IMG/VR virus record: IMGVR_UViG_3300045974_000359
Coordinates: 1-59,321 of that record
From: a virus
Taxonomy: Duplodnaviria > Caudoviricetes
DNA: 59,321 bases
Strand: one strand, 5' to 3'
Shown: positions 59,316-59,321 of the stretch, in pieces
Layout: each line of letters begins with the position of its first letter
How positions within the stretch are numbered: the stretch's first letter is position 1
Notes under the pieces: model-generated
Told to the model about the DNA's origin: nothing
The model's database searches: none
Seen by the model: only the letters and a program-made list of their open reading frames with translations
Made by a program: the position numbers and the translations under genes

Positions 59316-59321
59316 AAAAGT

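Overview
Very AT-rich, densely coded segment of a large tailed dsDNA phage, probably a myovirus, with essentially all genes on the + strand. The head and neck module resembles SPO1/Twort (Herelleviridae-type) phages. TAnnTTTG promoters and A-rich, SD-less start contexts point to a Bacteroidota host (inference). Layout: recombination/replication genes (SSB tail, RecA/UvsX, SbcD/SbcC, RuvC-like, sigma-like, UvrD, RNase H; 1-8.4 kb); many small accessory ORFs plus DenV-like glycosylase, dCMP deaminase, macrodomain, GroES and dUTPase (8.4-27.5 kb); an RNA locus at 23.7-24.2 kb; terminase; DNA-modification-type enzymes; portal; two fibre-like genes; lysis cassette; MuF-like protein; putative injected head proteins; prohead protease, major capsid and neck genes. 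Main observations: (1) a circularly permuted two-piece tmRNA gene directly behind an aberrant tRNA; (2) two paralogous fibre-like genes, each followed by its own ~180-190 nt structured non-coding element, suggesting a protein+ncRNA system; (3) head-cargo proteins marked by a hydrophobic-x-K-[A/G/S] motif and shared leaders, including a HipA-like kinase/ADP-ribosyltransferase fusion; (4) a 5-hmdU kinase + FkbM + PIG-L deacetylase + glycosyltransferase set suggesting an unusual DNA hypermodification; (5) three distinct promoter classes. All functional calls come from motif recognition by eye; no database search was run.
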